Assembly: GCA_965247095.1 (NCBI GenBank)
Contig: OZ251997.1
Span: forward strand, 2,304,001-2,368,000
Source: Candidatus Multivorans sp.
GTDB taxonomy: Bacteria; Acidobacteriota; Thermoanaerobaculia; Multivoradales; Multivoraceae
Reading direction: 5' to 3'
Length of the DNA stretch: 64,000 bases
The notes under the pieces were generated by a model that saw only the letters and a list, made by a program, of their open reading frames with translations, was not told where the DNA came from and ran no database searches. Position 1 is the first letter of the stretch. Every line of letters starts with the position of its first letter. Positions 28,464 to 40,390 of this stretch are shown piece after piece. The translations under genes and the position numbers were made by a program.

Positions 28464-29738
28464 CTAGTTGGCCCCGCTCTCCTCGGTGTACCGCCGCAGC
28501 TCGGCGCGGCCGACGACGAGGTGATGGACCTCGTCCGGGCCGTCCGCGATGCGCAGCGTCCGCTGGCCGGTGTACATCTCGGCAAGAGGTGTCCACTGGG
28601 AGATGCCGGTGGCGCCGTGGATCTGGATCGCCTGGTCGATGATCTGACAGGTGCGCTCCGGGACCATCGCTTTGACGGCATGGACCCACACCCTCGCCTC
28701 GCGGTTGCCGAGCACGTCCATCGCCTTGGCGGCCCGCAGGACCATGAGACGCATCGCCTCGATGTCGATGCGGGCGCGCGACACCACCTCGATGTTCTTG
28801 CCAAGCTGGATGATCGGCCGGCCGAAGGCCTCCCGGGACATGCCGCGCTTGACCATCAGGTCGAGGGCCTTCTCGGCCTGGCCCACCGACCGCATGCAGT
28901 GGTGGATGCGGCCCGGACCCAGGCGAAGCTGGGAAATCTCGAAACCGCGGCCCTCGCCCAGCAGGATGTTCTCCTTCGGCACGCGCACGTTGTCGAGCTT
29001 GATGTGCATGTGGCCGTGCGGCGCGTGGTCGTGCCCGAAGACCGTCATCGGTCCCAGGACGTTCACTCCCGGGGTGTCCATCGGCACCAGGATCTGGGAC
29101 TGCTGGCGGTGGGCCGGCCCGCCCGGGCTGGTCTTGACCATGCAGATCATGATCTTGCAGCGCGGGTCGCCGGCGCCGGAGATGTAGTACTTCTCGCCGT
29201 CGATCACCCACTCGTCGCCGTCGAGGGTCGCGCGGGTGCCGATGTTCTTCGCGTCGGACGAAGCCAGGTTCGGCTCCGTCATCCCGAAGCAGGAGCGGAT
29301 CTCGCCGTTCAGCAGGGGCTCGAGCCACTTCTCCTTCTGCTCCGGCGTGCCGACGCGCTCGAGCACCTCCATGTTGCCGGTATCCGGGGCGCTGCAGTTC
29401 AGACACTGCGAGGCGAGCGGGTTCTTGCCCAGTTCCTGCGCGAGGTAGGCGTAGTCGAGGTTCTTGAGACCCTGGCCCGTCTCCGCATCCGGCAGGAAGA
29501 AGTTCCACAGGCCCATCGATCGGGCCTTCTCCTTGGCGCCGTCGAGCAGCTCCAACTGCCCCTCGCCGTAGCTCCAGCGATCCTCCCGGCCCTCGCCGCG
29601 GCGGTAGTACTCCTCCGTGATCGGATCCACATAGTCGGCGATGAAGCTCTTGACCTTGGCCAGAAGCGGCTTGGCCTTCTCGGACATCGAGAGGTTGTAC
29701 AGTTCGGCGTCGATACCGAACGGGTCGAGATCGGGCAT
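28464..29738 (-). CDS. Acyl-CoA dehydrogenase
   Basis: NCSAPDTGNMEVL, MTEP..ASSDA, RLGPGRIHHCMR and RIADGPDEVH. Confidence 0.95.
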   Translation of the reverse strand: MPDLDPFGIDAELYNLSMSEKAKPLLAKVKSFIADYVDPITEEYYRRGEGREDRWSYGEGQLELLDGAKEKARSMGLWNFFLPDAETGQGLKNLDYAYLAQELGKNPLASQCLNCSAPDTGNMEVLERVGTPEQKEKWLEPLLNGEIRSCFGMTEPNLASSDAKNIGTRATLDGDEWVIDGEKYYISGAGDPRCKIMICMVKTSPGGPAHRQQSQILVPMDTPGVNVLGPMTVFGHDHAPHGHMHIKLDNVRVPKENILLGEGRGFEISQLRLGPGRIHHCMRSVGQAEKALDLMVKRGMSREAFGRPIIQLGKNIEVVSRARIDIEAMRLMVLRAAKAMDVLGNREARVWVHAVKAMVPERTCQIIDQAIQIHGATGISQWTPLAEMYTGQRTLRIADGPDEVHHLVVGRAELRRYTEESGAN

Positions 29739-30117
29739 GGCTCGGTTGCTCCTTACCCCACGGATGAGGGCGCTTGAGGGGGTTTGTGGTGTGAAACGGG
29801 CAAGCTATCGCAGCTTGCCCCCCGCCGCCACACTCTGAGCGCTGGGCCGGCGCCAGGCCGGCGCAGGCCTCCCCGGCCAGGGTTCAAGAACCTGTCCGAA
29901 AAACCCTCTCCTGGATCCAACGCTCCGAAGGGCAGCTCACCCGGCCAGGGCAAGAACGCCTGACACGGGTGCGCCCGCCGGCCGTCAGATCGCACCAAAG
30001 CCGCACGGAAGCGTCGCTGAGGACCCTGACCGTCGCTTCGTCCGGCGCCCGTTACGTCCGCTGGCATCCGGCTTGCTCAACCATCGCGCGCCCCATTGCC
30101 AGAGGAGAACCTCCGCA

Positions 30118-32844
30118 ATGTCACAATTCCAACCACTTCACCGCATAGCCGGTTCAGGCCTGAGCCGAACCGCCGTCCTAGGACTATGCGCGGCCCTCGC
30201 GCTCACCCTGCTGGCCGCGCCGGCAGCGGCTCAACTCACCGGCCGGCTCGCCGGCCAGGTCATGGATGCCGACGGAGCGCCGCTTCCTGGAGCGACCGTC
30301 ACCGTCAACTCACCCAATTTGATGGGCTCGCGCACCGAGTTCACCGACGCTGAGGGCGATTTCAGCTTCCGCACCCTGCCCCCCGGCGTCTACACCATCC
30401 AGGCCGAGCTCGAGGGCTTCGTTCCGCAGCAGCGCAGCGAGGTCGAAGTCCGCCTCAGCCGGGTCACCGAGATCCGGTTCTCGATGGCTCTGGGCGAGTT
30501 CAGCGAGGAGGTGACGGTGGTCGCGGAGACGCCCGTGGTCGACCCCGAACAGGTGTCGACCTCGCAGACCTTCGGCGTGGAGTACCTGAAGAAGGCCTCC
30601 ATCGGCTCGGCGAATCGCAGCTACCAGAGTGTCCTGACGCAGGCCGCGGGGGTCGCCGGCGGCGGCAACCCGAACGTGTACGGCTCCACCCTCGGCGAGA
30701 ACGCCTTCTACATCGACGGCATCGACTCGACCGACCCCGTCACCGCGACCTTCAACATCAACCTGAACTTCGACACGATCCAGGAGATCAACCTCGAGAC
30801 CGGCGGCTTCGAGGCCCGCTATGGCCGCGCCACCGGCGGCTTCGTCAACGTGGTCACGAAGTCCGGCGGCAACGAGTTCTCGGGCACCGTGGACGTCCGC
30901 TACCGGGACACCGACTTCAACACGAGCGGCGATCACTTCGACAAGGACGAGAACATCGTCGAGTTCCGGGAAACCGGCGCCACCCTCGGCGGCCCGTTCA
31001 CCCGCGACAAACTCTGGTTCTACGCGGCAGCAAACCCGGTGCGTTCGAAGTCGACGCCCACCGAGTCGCCGGCCACGCGGGACTTCGACGGCACGAACCT
31101 GATGGGCAAGGTCACTTGGCAGGCCAGGCCGGAGTGGCAGATCGTGGGCCGCTTCATCAACGAGGACGCAACGATCAGCAACGCAAACGCCGGACGCTCC
31201 GTCGCCGTCGAAGCGGCTCGCTTCCAGGAGCAACCGAAGAGCATCTTCAGCCTGGAGGCGCTCGCGCTCCCGACACCGAGCCTGCAGTGGCACATCAACG
31301 CCGCGTCCGTCAGGGGCGAACTGAACTCGTTCCCCCAGAGCGGCGACTTCGACACGATCGGGCACGTCGACACGTTCGGCGACGGTTCCAGGACGGTGAA
31401 CTACACGAATCAGCAGTTCTCGGGCCGTGACCGCGACGAACTCAGCACGAACCTTGCCTGGTTCACGGACGGCATGGCCGGAGACCACGAACTTCGCGTG
31501 GGCGTCGACTACGCCGACATCTTCTTCCGCAGCCAGAACAACACCACCGGCGGCGGCTACTCGTTCGGAGACCGCTTCGGACAGCCCTACACGTTGCTCT
31601 TCTCGCCCATCGAGGCGCCGGCCGAAAACGAAGGCACTCTGCTCACGACCTACGTGCAGGACACCTGGCGAGTGAACCCCAACCTGACCATCAAGCTGGG
31701 GCTGCGCAGCGACCAGGTGGCGTTTACCAACGATGTCGGCCAGGAAGTGGCGGACATGTCCAAGCTGCAGCCGCGATTCGGAGTCGCCTGGGACATCAAC
31801 GGCGACGCGAAGACGGTGGCACGGGCGAGTTGGGGACGCTTCATGCACCCCAACGCCCTTACGCTGCCGAGCTTTGCGAGGGTCAACCGGCTTCCGACCG
31901 TCCGTTGGCTTTCCTGTTCGACCTTCAGGGCCAGCCTCGGCGTGAACTGCCGGGATCAGTACCCCGGCGAGCGGACAGTCGGCGGCTTGACTGTGTCGAA
32001 CTGGATCAACGATCCGGCCGGTTTCGACCCCAACGGCTGGTTCTACAACACGACGTTCTCGAGCGAGCCGAGCACGATCGCGCCGGACCTCGAGCCCACC
32101 TATGCCGACGAGTGGATCGTCGGCATCGAGCGGGAGTTGACCCGTCGCACGTCCATCGGACTGACCTACGTCAACAAGGAGACCCTCGACATCTTCGAAG
32201 ACACCTGCAACGGCAACCTGCCGACGCCCGCGGCCGGCGCCGACTGCGACTACTACGTCATGGCCAACCTGCCCGGACTGACGCGGGACTACAGCGGCTT
32301 CATCCTCGACTTCGAGTCGCGGTTCGCGGACTGGATTCACATCCTCGCCTCGTACACCCACTCGGAGTCCGAAGGCAACGTCGCCTACACGCAGAACGCC
32401 GGCGTCGACTTCGACATCTACCCGGACCACTTCGACAACAGCTACGGCTACCTGGGAGATCACCGCAAGCACCGCTTCAAGGCGAACGGCTACGTCGATC
32501 TGCCGCTCGACTTCACGCTGGGCTTCGAGGCCTTCTGGTCGTCGCCGGGGGTCTACACCGCGACCGAAGCGTCCGAAATCTATGGACGCATCTTCACGGA
32601 ACGTCGCGGGAGCCGGAGAATCAACGACAACTACGGGCTCCACCTACAGGCGGCAAAGGGCTTCACCTTCGGACGCGATCTGCGCTTCGAGTTGATCGCG
32701 AGTGTCTTCAACGCACTCGACGATGAGCAGGTTGGGACCGTCTGCACGCGCGTCGAGGGTTGCGCCGGCGGCCTGGACCTGGACGCAGCGGCGACCTACG
32801 GCCAGCCGCGACGCTACGAAGCCGGCGTCCGCTTCGAGTTCTAG
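30118..32844 (+). CDS. TonB-dependent receptor, Oar-like, with N-terminal carboxypeptidase-regulatory-like domain
   Basis: Signal peptide, DADGAPLPGATV, GGFVNVVTKSGGN, YVQDTW and C-terminal GVRFEF. Confidence 0.93.
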   Translation: MSQFQPLHRIAGSGLSRTAVLGLCAALALTLLAAPAAAQLTGRLAGQVMDADGAPLPGATVTVNSPNLMGSRTEFTDAEGDFSFRTLPPGVYTIQAELEGFVPQQRSEVEVRLSRVTEIRFSMALGEFSEEVTVVAETPVVDPEQVSTSQTFGVEYLKKASIGSANRSYQSVLTQAAGVAGGGNPNVYGSTLGENAFYIDGIDSTDPVTATFNINLNFDTIQEINLETGGFEARYGRATGGFVNVVTKSGGNEFSGTVDVRYRDTDFNTSGDHFDKDENIVEFRETGATLGGPFTRDKLWFYAAANPVRSKSTPTESPATRDFDGTNLMGKVTWQARPEWQIVGRFINEDATISNANAGRSVAVEAARFQEQPKSIFSLEALALPTPSLQWHINAASVRGELNSFPQSGDFDTIGHVDTFGDGSRTVNYTNQQFSGRDRDELSTNLAWFTDGMAGDHELRVGVDYADIFFRSQNNTTGGGYSFGDRFGQPYTLLFSPIEAPAENEGTLLTTYVQDTWRVNPNLTIKLGLRSDQVAFTNDVGQEVADMSKLQPRFGVAWDINGDAKTVARASWGRFMHPNALTLPSFARVNRLPTVRWLSCSTFRASLGVNCRDQYPGERTVGGLTVSNWINDPAGFDPNGWFYNTTFSSEPSTIAPDLEPTYADEWIVGIERELTRRTSIGLTYVNKETLDIFEDTCNGNLPTPAAGADCDYYVMANLPGLTRDYSGFILDFESRFADWIHILASYTHSESEGNVAYTQNAGVDFDIYPDHFDNSYGYLGDHRKHRFKANGYVDLPLDFTLGFEAFWSSPGVYTATEASEIYGRIFTERRGSRRINDNYGLHLQAAKGFTFGRDLRFELIASVFNALDDEQVGTVCTRVEGCAGGLDLDAAATYGQPRRYEAGVRFEF

Positions 32845-32937
32845 GGGGGGGCCTGCGCTACCGAACGCCACATGGGCCGAACTCCGAGCCCGCGAGGCCT
32901 TCGGCGGCGCTAACCGCCCCGCCCCCAACGGGAACGG

Positions 32938-32969
32938 CCCGGCGTCTCACCAGTTGAGACGCCGGGTTT
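32938..32969 (+). terminator. Probable terminator hairpin
   Basis: 12-bp perfect stem cccggcgtctca/tgagacgccggg followed by ttt. Confidence 0.55.
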
Positions 32970-33051
32970 CCCGCTGCGGGTAAACGATTCGGTGGCTTGC
33001 AACGTAAGAGCTATTGACCACACAGGCCCCAGAGGGAGGTCCGCTCTACCG

Positions 33052-34740
33052 ATGCTGAAGTACGCAACAACGATCCTGCTCCTCGCGTGGCCCGCCTACG
33101 CCCTGGCCCAGCAACCCGACCCGCCGCGCACCGAGTTCGCGGATCAACTCGATGTCCGGCTCGTCCACGTGGACGTCCGGGTCGAACGCAGGGGAAAGCC
33201 GGTCACCGATCTCGGGGTTGAGGACTTCCTCCTGCTGGAGGACGGCGAGCCCGTGGAGATCGCCGTGTTCTCGCCTCCGGAACCCGCAGGCGCCAACCGC
33301 GATTCCGCCGGGCAGGCGGGCGAAACCGGCGCGAAGGCCCCCGCTGACACGGCCGCCGCTTCAGCAACCGAAGCTCCCGCCGACGACCTCCCCACGGTCG
33401 CCGTATTCGTCGATGATGTCGGCCTGGGACCGGGCCAGCGAAGGCGGGCCGTGCAGACGATCGAGGCGCTGTCCGACCCCGCCAACCCGAACAGCGACAA
33501 CCTGGTGGTCTTCCGGCACTTCCGGCGCGGACGCCTGACCCTTCAGCGGGCGGTGGACGCGGCATTCGACCCCGCGGACTTCCGGGAGTTGAACAAAGCC
33601 GTCGCGGTGCGGGAACAGCAGGGCGTTTTCTTCGCCATGCGCGAGATCCAGAGTTCGCTTGCCCACTCCAGTTGCATCGACGCCAGGGGGCAACTCCTCG
33701 GCGTGGCCGACGACTACGCCGCGAACGCCTACGCCACGACCGGAATGCGCGCCCAGTTGCTCGGCGATGCGATCGAGTATCTGGGCGCCTTGCCGGGACG
33801 CAAGCTCCTGGTCGTGCTCGCCGGACGTCTCGAACTCCAGCCGGGCGTCGCGATTCTCGAGCACCTCCAGGACCTCTGCCCCGACCTGTCGAGCGAGCTG
33901 AGCAGCCGCATCCTGAGCGCCCAGAACTCGGCGAACACGCTGCACCGCGTAGCGGGTCTGGCGAACTCGCATCGGGTGACCCTGATGACGGTAGACGCCA
34001 GGGGCATCAGCGCGCCGTCCCAAGCCAACGCGGCCCTGGATTCGCCGCGCTTCGGCGGCAGTCAACTGAACCAGATGATCACGGATGCCAACCTGCAGTC
34101 CGGTCTCACGCAGCTCGCAACGGAGACCGGGGGCAGCACGATCTTCAACGCGAACAACGTGGTCAAGCCCGTGCTCCGATCTCTGGAGGAAGCGGAGGCG
34201 GTCTACACGCTGGCCTTCTACCCCCAGCACGAGCGGACCGGGGAGCGGCACGTTCTGGAGGTTCGCCTGGTCGGGGATGCGCGGCGGAGAACCAGACTGA
34301 GCTACCGCCGCAGCTACATGGATCGAACGATGCAGCAGGAATGGGCAGACGGTCTGCGCACCGCGGCCCGGGCACCGGAGCTACGCCCGGAGTCGAGTCT
34401 CCCCAACCCTCTCGGCGCGCAGCTCGCCGTCACTGCGGACGCGGACGGGCTTGTGGCCATCCTGAGCCTCGACGCCGACGCTGTAGCGACACTGATGAGT
34501 CTCTCCAATCAGAGCGAACGGCGGCTCCGGCTCTGGCTCTACGTCGTCGATCCCGAAGGCCGGGAAACCGCGGCTCGCGAGGGGTTCCTCCCGGCGCCAG
34601 TCGATCCCGGTCCCTGGCAGGCCAACATCCGCCTGGCCCTGCCGGCCGGCGAGTGGACCGTCGCCGCAGGCCTCCGCGACGAAGTGACCGGAGAGATCAG
34701 TCTGCTGCGCGACACGCCTCCGAACGCGCCGTCGCTGTAG
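33052..34740 (+). CDS. Acidobacterial-type VWA-domain protein
   Basis: Signal peptide, GKPVTDLGVEDFLLLEDG, LPGRKLLV and LATETGG. Confidence 0.85.
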   Translation: MLKYATTILLLAWPAYALAQQPDPPRTEFADQLDVRLVHVDVRVERRGKPVTDLGVEDFLLLEDGEPVEIAVFSPPEPAGANRDSAGQAGETGAKAPADTAAASATEAPADDLPTVAVFVDDVGLGPGQRRRAVQTIEALSDPANPNSDNLVVFRHFRRGRLTLQRAVDAAFDPADFRELNKAVAVREQQGVFFAMREIQSSLAHSSCIDARGQLLGVADDYAANAYATTGMRAQLLGDAIEYLGALPGRKLLVVLAGRLELQPGVAILEHLQDLCPDLSSELSSRILSAQNSANTLHRVAGLANSHRVTLMTVDARGISAPSQANAALDSPRFGGSQLNQMITDANLQSGLTQLATETGGSTIFNANNVVKPVLRSLEEAEAVYTLAFYPQHERTGERHVLEVRLVGDARRRTRLSYRRSYMDRTMQQEWADGLRTAARAPELRPESSLPNPLGAQLAVTADADGLVAILSLDADAVATLMSLSNQSERRLRLWLYVVDPEGRETAAREGFLPAPVDPGPWQANIRLALPAGEWTVAAGLRDEVTGEISLLRDTPPNAPSL

Positions 34741-34777
34741 CTGAGCCAGGCGACCCGGCGGGATCGGCGCTCGAACC

Positions 34778-35314
34778 TCAGCCGACCTCTACAGCAGACG
34801 ACCCGTATAGCTCACGTAGCCGGCCGGCATCGCCTTCGCTCAGGCCGTGGACCCTCAGCAGCACGCGGCCCTCGGCGACGTGATGGTCGAGGTCTGACGG
34901 CCGACCGCGGCCACTCCGGATTGCCCGGCCCGGCAGCAGCCCACCTTCCCAGAGCACCCGCAGCACGGTCATGACAATCAGTCCCAGGGCCGTGCCCTCG
35001 TAGGTGACCACACCGACCGGCGGGCCGGCGACGATCGACATGCCGCCGGTCGGCAGCGGGTAGGCGAGGGCCGTCCCGGCCGCCAGGCCGAAGGCGGCCA
35101 GACCACCGAGGACGGCACCGGCCAGGGCGAACAGGAGGACCCGGGACTTCGGCTTCGGCAGCGGCAGTTCGTCGTCTTCAAGCGGCACGGGGCTGCGCAC
35201 CTCGATCCGGGAAGCCGCGACGCCCGACTCGAGCGCCGCCTCGACCGCCGCCCGCAGGTCCGCGACACGCTCGAACACGGCCTCCACCAGATGGCGGTCA
35301 CTGGCCGCCGCCAT
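34778..35314 (-). CDS. ActD-like (DUF3341) subunit
   Basis: Two TM helices, SPVP and YPLPTGG. Follows the NrfD-family gene. Confidence 0.8.
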   Translation of the reverse strand: MAAASDRHLVEAVFERVADLRAAVEAALESGVAASRIEVRSPVPLEDDELPLPKPKSRVLLFALAGAVLGGLAAFGLAAGTALAYPLPTGGMSIVAGPPVGVVTYEGTALGLIVMTVLRVLWEGGLLPGRAIRSGRGRPSDLDHHVAEGRVLLRVHGLSEGDAGRLRELYGSSAVEVG

Positions 35315-36704
35315 CACGCCGCCCCTCCGCCTGGAACCGGCGCCGCCGACCCGGTCGCCGCGGCGCCCGAGGTCGCCGGCACGCTCTCCTCACCCGCCGC
35401 GTGCCGCCAGCCCTGGCGCATCTCCCACACGGAGACGATCGGCAGCAATTGGGTGAACGTGAAGTAGAGGCAGGCGAAGACGCCGATCGCGCCGATCATG
35501 ATGCCGAACTCCACCCAGCTCGGCATGTAGTCGCCGATGCTGTAGGCCAGCCGAGGCGTGGACAGGGACGGCACAACGATCAGGAACCGCTCGAGCCACA
35601 TGCCGACCAGCACCCCGACGCCGACCAGAGCGGTCGGCAACGGGCGCCGTCCGCGCGGGAAGGACAGCACGGCCACCGGGATCACCAGGTTCACCGTCAC
35701 CATGGTCCAGAACGGCACCGCGAAGCCGCCGTGCAACAGGGTGTGGTGGACCATCTTCTCCGGGAGGTCACCGCTGTACCAGACCGTCAGGTGCTCGGCG
35801 AAGGTGAAGTAACCCCAGACCAGGGACATGGTCAGGAACAGCAGCCCCAGGTTGTTGAACACGCGATGGGTCAGGAAGCGCTCGAGCCGCAGGCCGCGGC
35901 GGAGCAGCGCCATCGCCACCATCAACACGCCGATCCCCGAGAAGATCGCGCCGACGACGAAGTAGGGCCCGAAGATCGTGCTCTTCCAGCCCGGCGTCCG
36001 GGTCATCGCGAAGTCCCAGGACACGATCGTGTGCACCGAGACCGCGACCGGAATGATCGCCACCGCCAGGATGCGGATCCCCCACTCCAGGCTGTGCCAC
36101 TGCTGCGCGGTGCCGCGCCAGCCGAGCGCGAGGACCGCATAGAAGCGCTTCCTGAGGCCCGCCGCCGCGCGGTCCCGCATCACGGCCGCATCCGGAATCA
36201 ACGGCAGGAACAGGTAGAGCGCGCTGCCGACGATGTAGGTCGTGATGGCGGCGACGTCCCAGACCAGGGGCGAGCGGAAGTTGGGCCACAGCATCCGGCT
36301 GTTGGGGTAGGGGATCATGTAGTAGAAGATCGTCACCCGGCCGAGGTGAATCAGCGGGAACAGGCCGCCGATCGCGAGCGCGAACAGCGTGATCGCCTCC
36401 GCCGAGCGGGTCACCGGCCGCCGCCACTCCGCCTTCGTCACCCGCAGGATCGCCGAGATCAGCGTGCCGGCGTGGCTGATGCCGATCCAGAAGACGAAAT
36501 TGATGATGTAGAAGCCCCAGAACACCGGCCGGTTGATGCCGGTGACGCCGATGCCGTTCGCGATCTGGTAGCCCCAGCAGTAGAGGAAGACCAGGACCAG
36601 GGCGCCGCTTGCGAGGGATCCCGCGAGCAGACCGGGACGGCGCCGGTCGAGGCGGCTCAGCAGCTCGCCGTCGAGGGCGGCGGCCGGGCGCTGGGGCCGA
36701 TCCG

Positions 36705-36726
<22 letters not shown>
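35314..36726 (-). CDS. NrfD/PsrC-family quinone-binding subunit (ActC/QrcD-like)
   Basis: NFVFWIGISHAGTLISAIL, WPNFRSPLVWD, SVHTIVSWDFA and MWLERF. Confidence 0.93.
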
Positions 36727-37402
<676 letters not shown>

Positions 37403-37406
<4 letters not shown>

Positions 37407-39799
37407 GCCTTCTCCTCACGGGTTGCCTGGACTGCCGGGCGGCGTGGACGTCCGAGCCGGCGCACGAAGCCCCGGTCCCCGTCGGTCTCCTGCTTCAGAG
37501 CGTGTGCCCCGCCGCTGTCGTGGGGCGCCCAGCCCACCGGAATGTCCTCGGCCTGCCGTAACCCGCGGCCATAGATCACCGGCCGCTCGCTGCGCTTGGG
37601 CCGGCGGAGCCTCTCGACCCGCACGTTGACGTTGCCGCGCGCGAACGCGGCCGCGCCCGTCACCCGGCGGTCCGCGTCGAACAGAGCGTTCACGTTGACG
37701 CCCCGGCCACGCGCGTAGCGGCCGTAGTCGGCGTGACCGCCGCCGACCGGCACGCCGATGCAGCCGGGCCGCACGGTCGGCAGCACGATCGCCGGGAGTT
37801 CGATGTCGGCCGCGGTTCCGGTCAACCGCACGATATCGCCGGTGCGGATGCCCAAGCGGTCCGCGTCGGCGGTCGCGATCTCGGCCCAGGACCCCCACAT
37901 CACGGTCGAGAGCGGGTCGGGAAGTTCCTGCAGCCAGGGACGGTTGGCGCCCCGTCCGTCGCCGAGCTTCAGCGATTCGAACGGGATCACCGTGAACGAT
38001 TCCACGCCCGCCGGAGCCGTGGGCGCCGCCTGCGCGGCGGGATCGGGCAGCCCCGGCGCCTCGTCCTCTCCGCCAGCCGGCGGCGCCGCCGCCGGAGCGC
38101 GGCGCATCTCTTCGCTTCCAAACAGGCCACCGGCATCGGTCGTCCTGCGCACGAACTGGCGCGCGTTCAGAGCGCCGGCGACCAGGGAGGCCGGCAACGC
38201 AGCCGGGCCGCTCCCGTTGCCGTCGGCGGCTTTCGTGGCCGCAAAGGCATCGCTCAGCGCGGCCTCGACCGCCTCCTGGAAGCCCGGCCAGGGCAGGTCA
38301 ATGCCGGCCGTCGCCGACAGGGCCAGGACCACATCGCCCGGATGCCGCGCTTCGCCCCGCGGCGCGACGGTCGGCGACGCGATGAGCAGCGCCGGCACGC
38401 CGCGAACCGAATCGGGTTCCACCGCCTGGAAGCGCTCCAGGTCGGTCTGGATCGGCAGCAGCAGGTCGGCTCGCAGTGTCGTGTCATCGAAGAAGGCGGA
38501 CAAGGCGATCACGGTGCCCGTACACTCGAAGGCGTCAGCCAGTCCTGGCATCGCATAGAGCGGATCGGCCTCCGAGACGACCAGTACTCCCCCGTCGCCC
38601 GCGGCTGCCAACCGGTCCGCCAAAGCGGCCGGCGCTACCGATGCCGCCGCGTCACCCGCCACCCGCTCCTCGAACCCGAAGTCCACACCGGCGAAGACAC
38701 CGCCATCGCGGCCCAACGCGCCCAGCAGCAAGTTGAGGGCGAGCGCGGCCCCGCCCGTGGCGACGCCGTTCTCGCCCTCGAGCGCCGATCCCCCGACCAT
38801 CGCCAGCGGTCGGCGGGCGCGGGAGAGTTCGGCGGCGAGGCGGTCGATCCGGTCGGCGTCGATGCCGCAACGCTCGGCGGTCGCCGCCAGATCGGGCGGC
38901 GCCTCCGGGTAGAGCGCTTCGTAAGCCTCTCGTGCCGCCTCCGGGACCGTACCGGTACCCAGCAGCAGCCCGGCCAGCCCGCGCGCGAACACGCCCTCGG
39001 TTCCCGGCCGTACCGGCAACCAGTCGTCCGCGTTGGCCGCGGTCAGCGAGTGCCGCGCCTCGACCTGCACTAGCTTCCCGTGTCGATCGGCCGTCAGTTC
39101 GGCGTAGGCGCCGGCAAAGTGGACCGGACTGCGCCAGCGGTCGAGGAAGGGCGCTCCGATGCTGAGAACATAGTCTGCGCGCGCCATGTCATAGGCAGGC
39201 CGCCAGGCCTCACCGAACGCGAGCCGGGCGGCCTCCCGTTCGACCACCGCATCGGCCGCCTGCCAGTGAACCGGCGGCGGCGCACCGACGGCGGCAGCAA
39301 ACCGACGCCACAAGCCCAGCAGCGGGCCTGAAGGCGCCCCCGAGACAACCGTCGTCGCGGCCGGCGCCGCCGCGATCGCCGACGCCGCGGCCTCCAGCGC
39401 CTCCTCCCAGGACACCGGCGCCAACTCGCCCGAAGCCGCCCGCCGCATCGGCGCCGTCACCCGGTCCGGGTGATACAGCTCCTGCAGGGCCGAGTGCCCG
39501 AGCGCGCAGACGCCGCCACGGTTGACGAAGCCGTCCGGCAGGCCTTCGATCTTCTTCGCCAGCCGGTCGACCGTCCGCACCTCGACCTCGCAGCCGGCGC
39601 CGCACTGCCCGCAGATCGACCGTCGCCAGACCGAGGCGCCAGGCAGCGCCGTGCTCCGCCGCACCGGCGACTCGATGAGTTCCTGATCCCGCCGCCGGCA
39701 CCCCTCGAGCACCGCCACGCCGGCCGCGGCGTAGACCTTGAAGAAGTCCCGCCGACCAATCGTGACCCGGGGTTCGCCGCGCTGCCCGCCGCCGCTCAT
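37403..39799 (-). CDS. Molybdopterin-oxidoreductase-like subunit (ActB1/QrcB-like), Tat lipoprotein
   Basis: GRRDFFK Tat motif, LEGC lipobox, CGQCGAGC..GVCALG and NRPWLQELPDP. Confidence 0.9.
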
Positions 39800-39806
39800 C
39801 CCATCC

Positions 39807-40274
39807 TCACCGGTGGCAGGCCAGGCAGTCGTCGCTGGCTTCGTTGTCGCGGTGGCACTGGATGCACCACCCCATGTCGGCGACGTTGCGCACGGGCTCG
39901 GCAACCGTCATCGAGGCGACGTCGCCGTGGCAGGTCAGGCACTCGATGCCGGCGCGGGCGTGGGCGCGGTGGTTGAAATGAACCATCGCCTTGTCGGGGA
40001 TGACGTTCACCTTGGCCCACAAGATCGGCTCGCGGTTTTCGTTCGCGGCCATCACTTTCTGGACTTCGGGATGGTCGGGGATCTCCCGGCGGTGGCAGCC
40101 GGCGCAGGCCTGGACCGACGGCATGCCGGCGTGCACGCCCTCCTCCGCGCCGCGGTGGCACCGCGTGCATTCGAGCCCGGCCTCGATGTGGACCTGGTGG
40201 TTGTAGGCGATCGGCTGTTCCGGCGTCGGCAGGTTCTGGGTCGGGCCGCAGGCGAGGGCCAGCACGGCGACCAA
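39807..40274 (-). CDS. Pentaheme cytochrome c (ActA/QrcA-like); start uncertain
   Basis: Five CxxCH motifs, QPIAYNH and HFNHRAH. LALAC lipobox after an in-frame TTG. Confidence 0.85.
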   Translation of the reverse strand: MVAVLALACGPTQNLPTPEQPIAYNHQVHIEAGLECTRCHRGAEEGVHAGMPSVQACAGCHRREIPDHPEVQKVMAANENREPILWAKVNVIPDKAMVHFNHRAHARAGIECLTCHGDVASMTVAEPVRNVADMGWCIQCHRDNEASDDCLACHR

Positions 40275-40317
40275 GGCAAGAAAGCCGGGGTCTCCGGTCG
40301 GCGCGCAAGGATCAGAA

Positions 40318-40349
40318 CCTGGGAACGCGGGCGTCTCGCCCGCATCCGG
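40318..40349 (-). repeat. REP-like unit A
   Basis: cctgggaacgcgggcgtctcgcccgcatccgg, identical to 47371-47402. Confidence 0.85.
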
Positions 40350-40390
40350 CCTTGCGCCGGATCTAGCACTGCAGCTTCCGGTCCTCAAGC

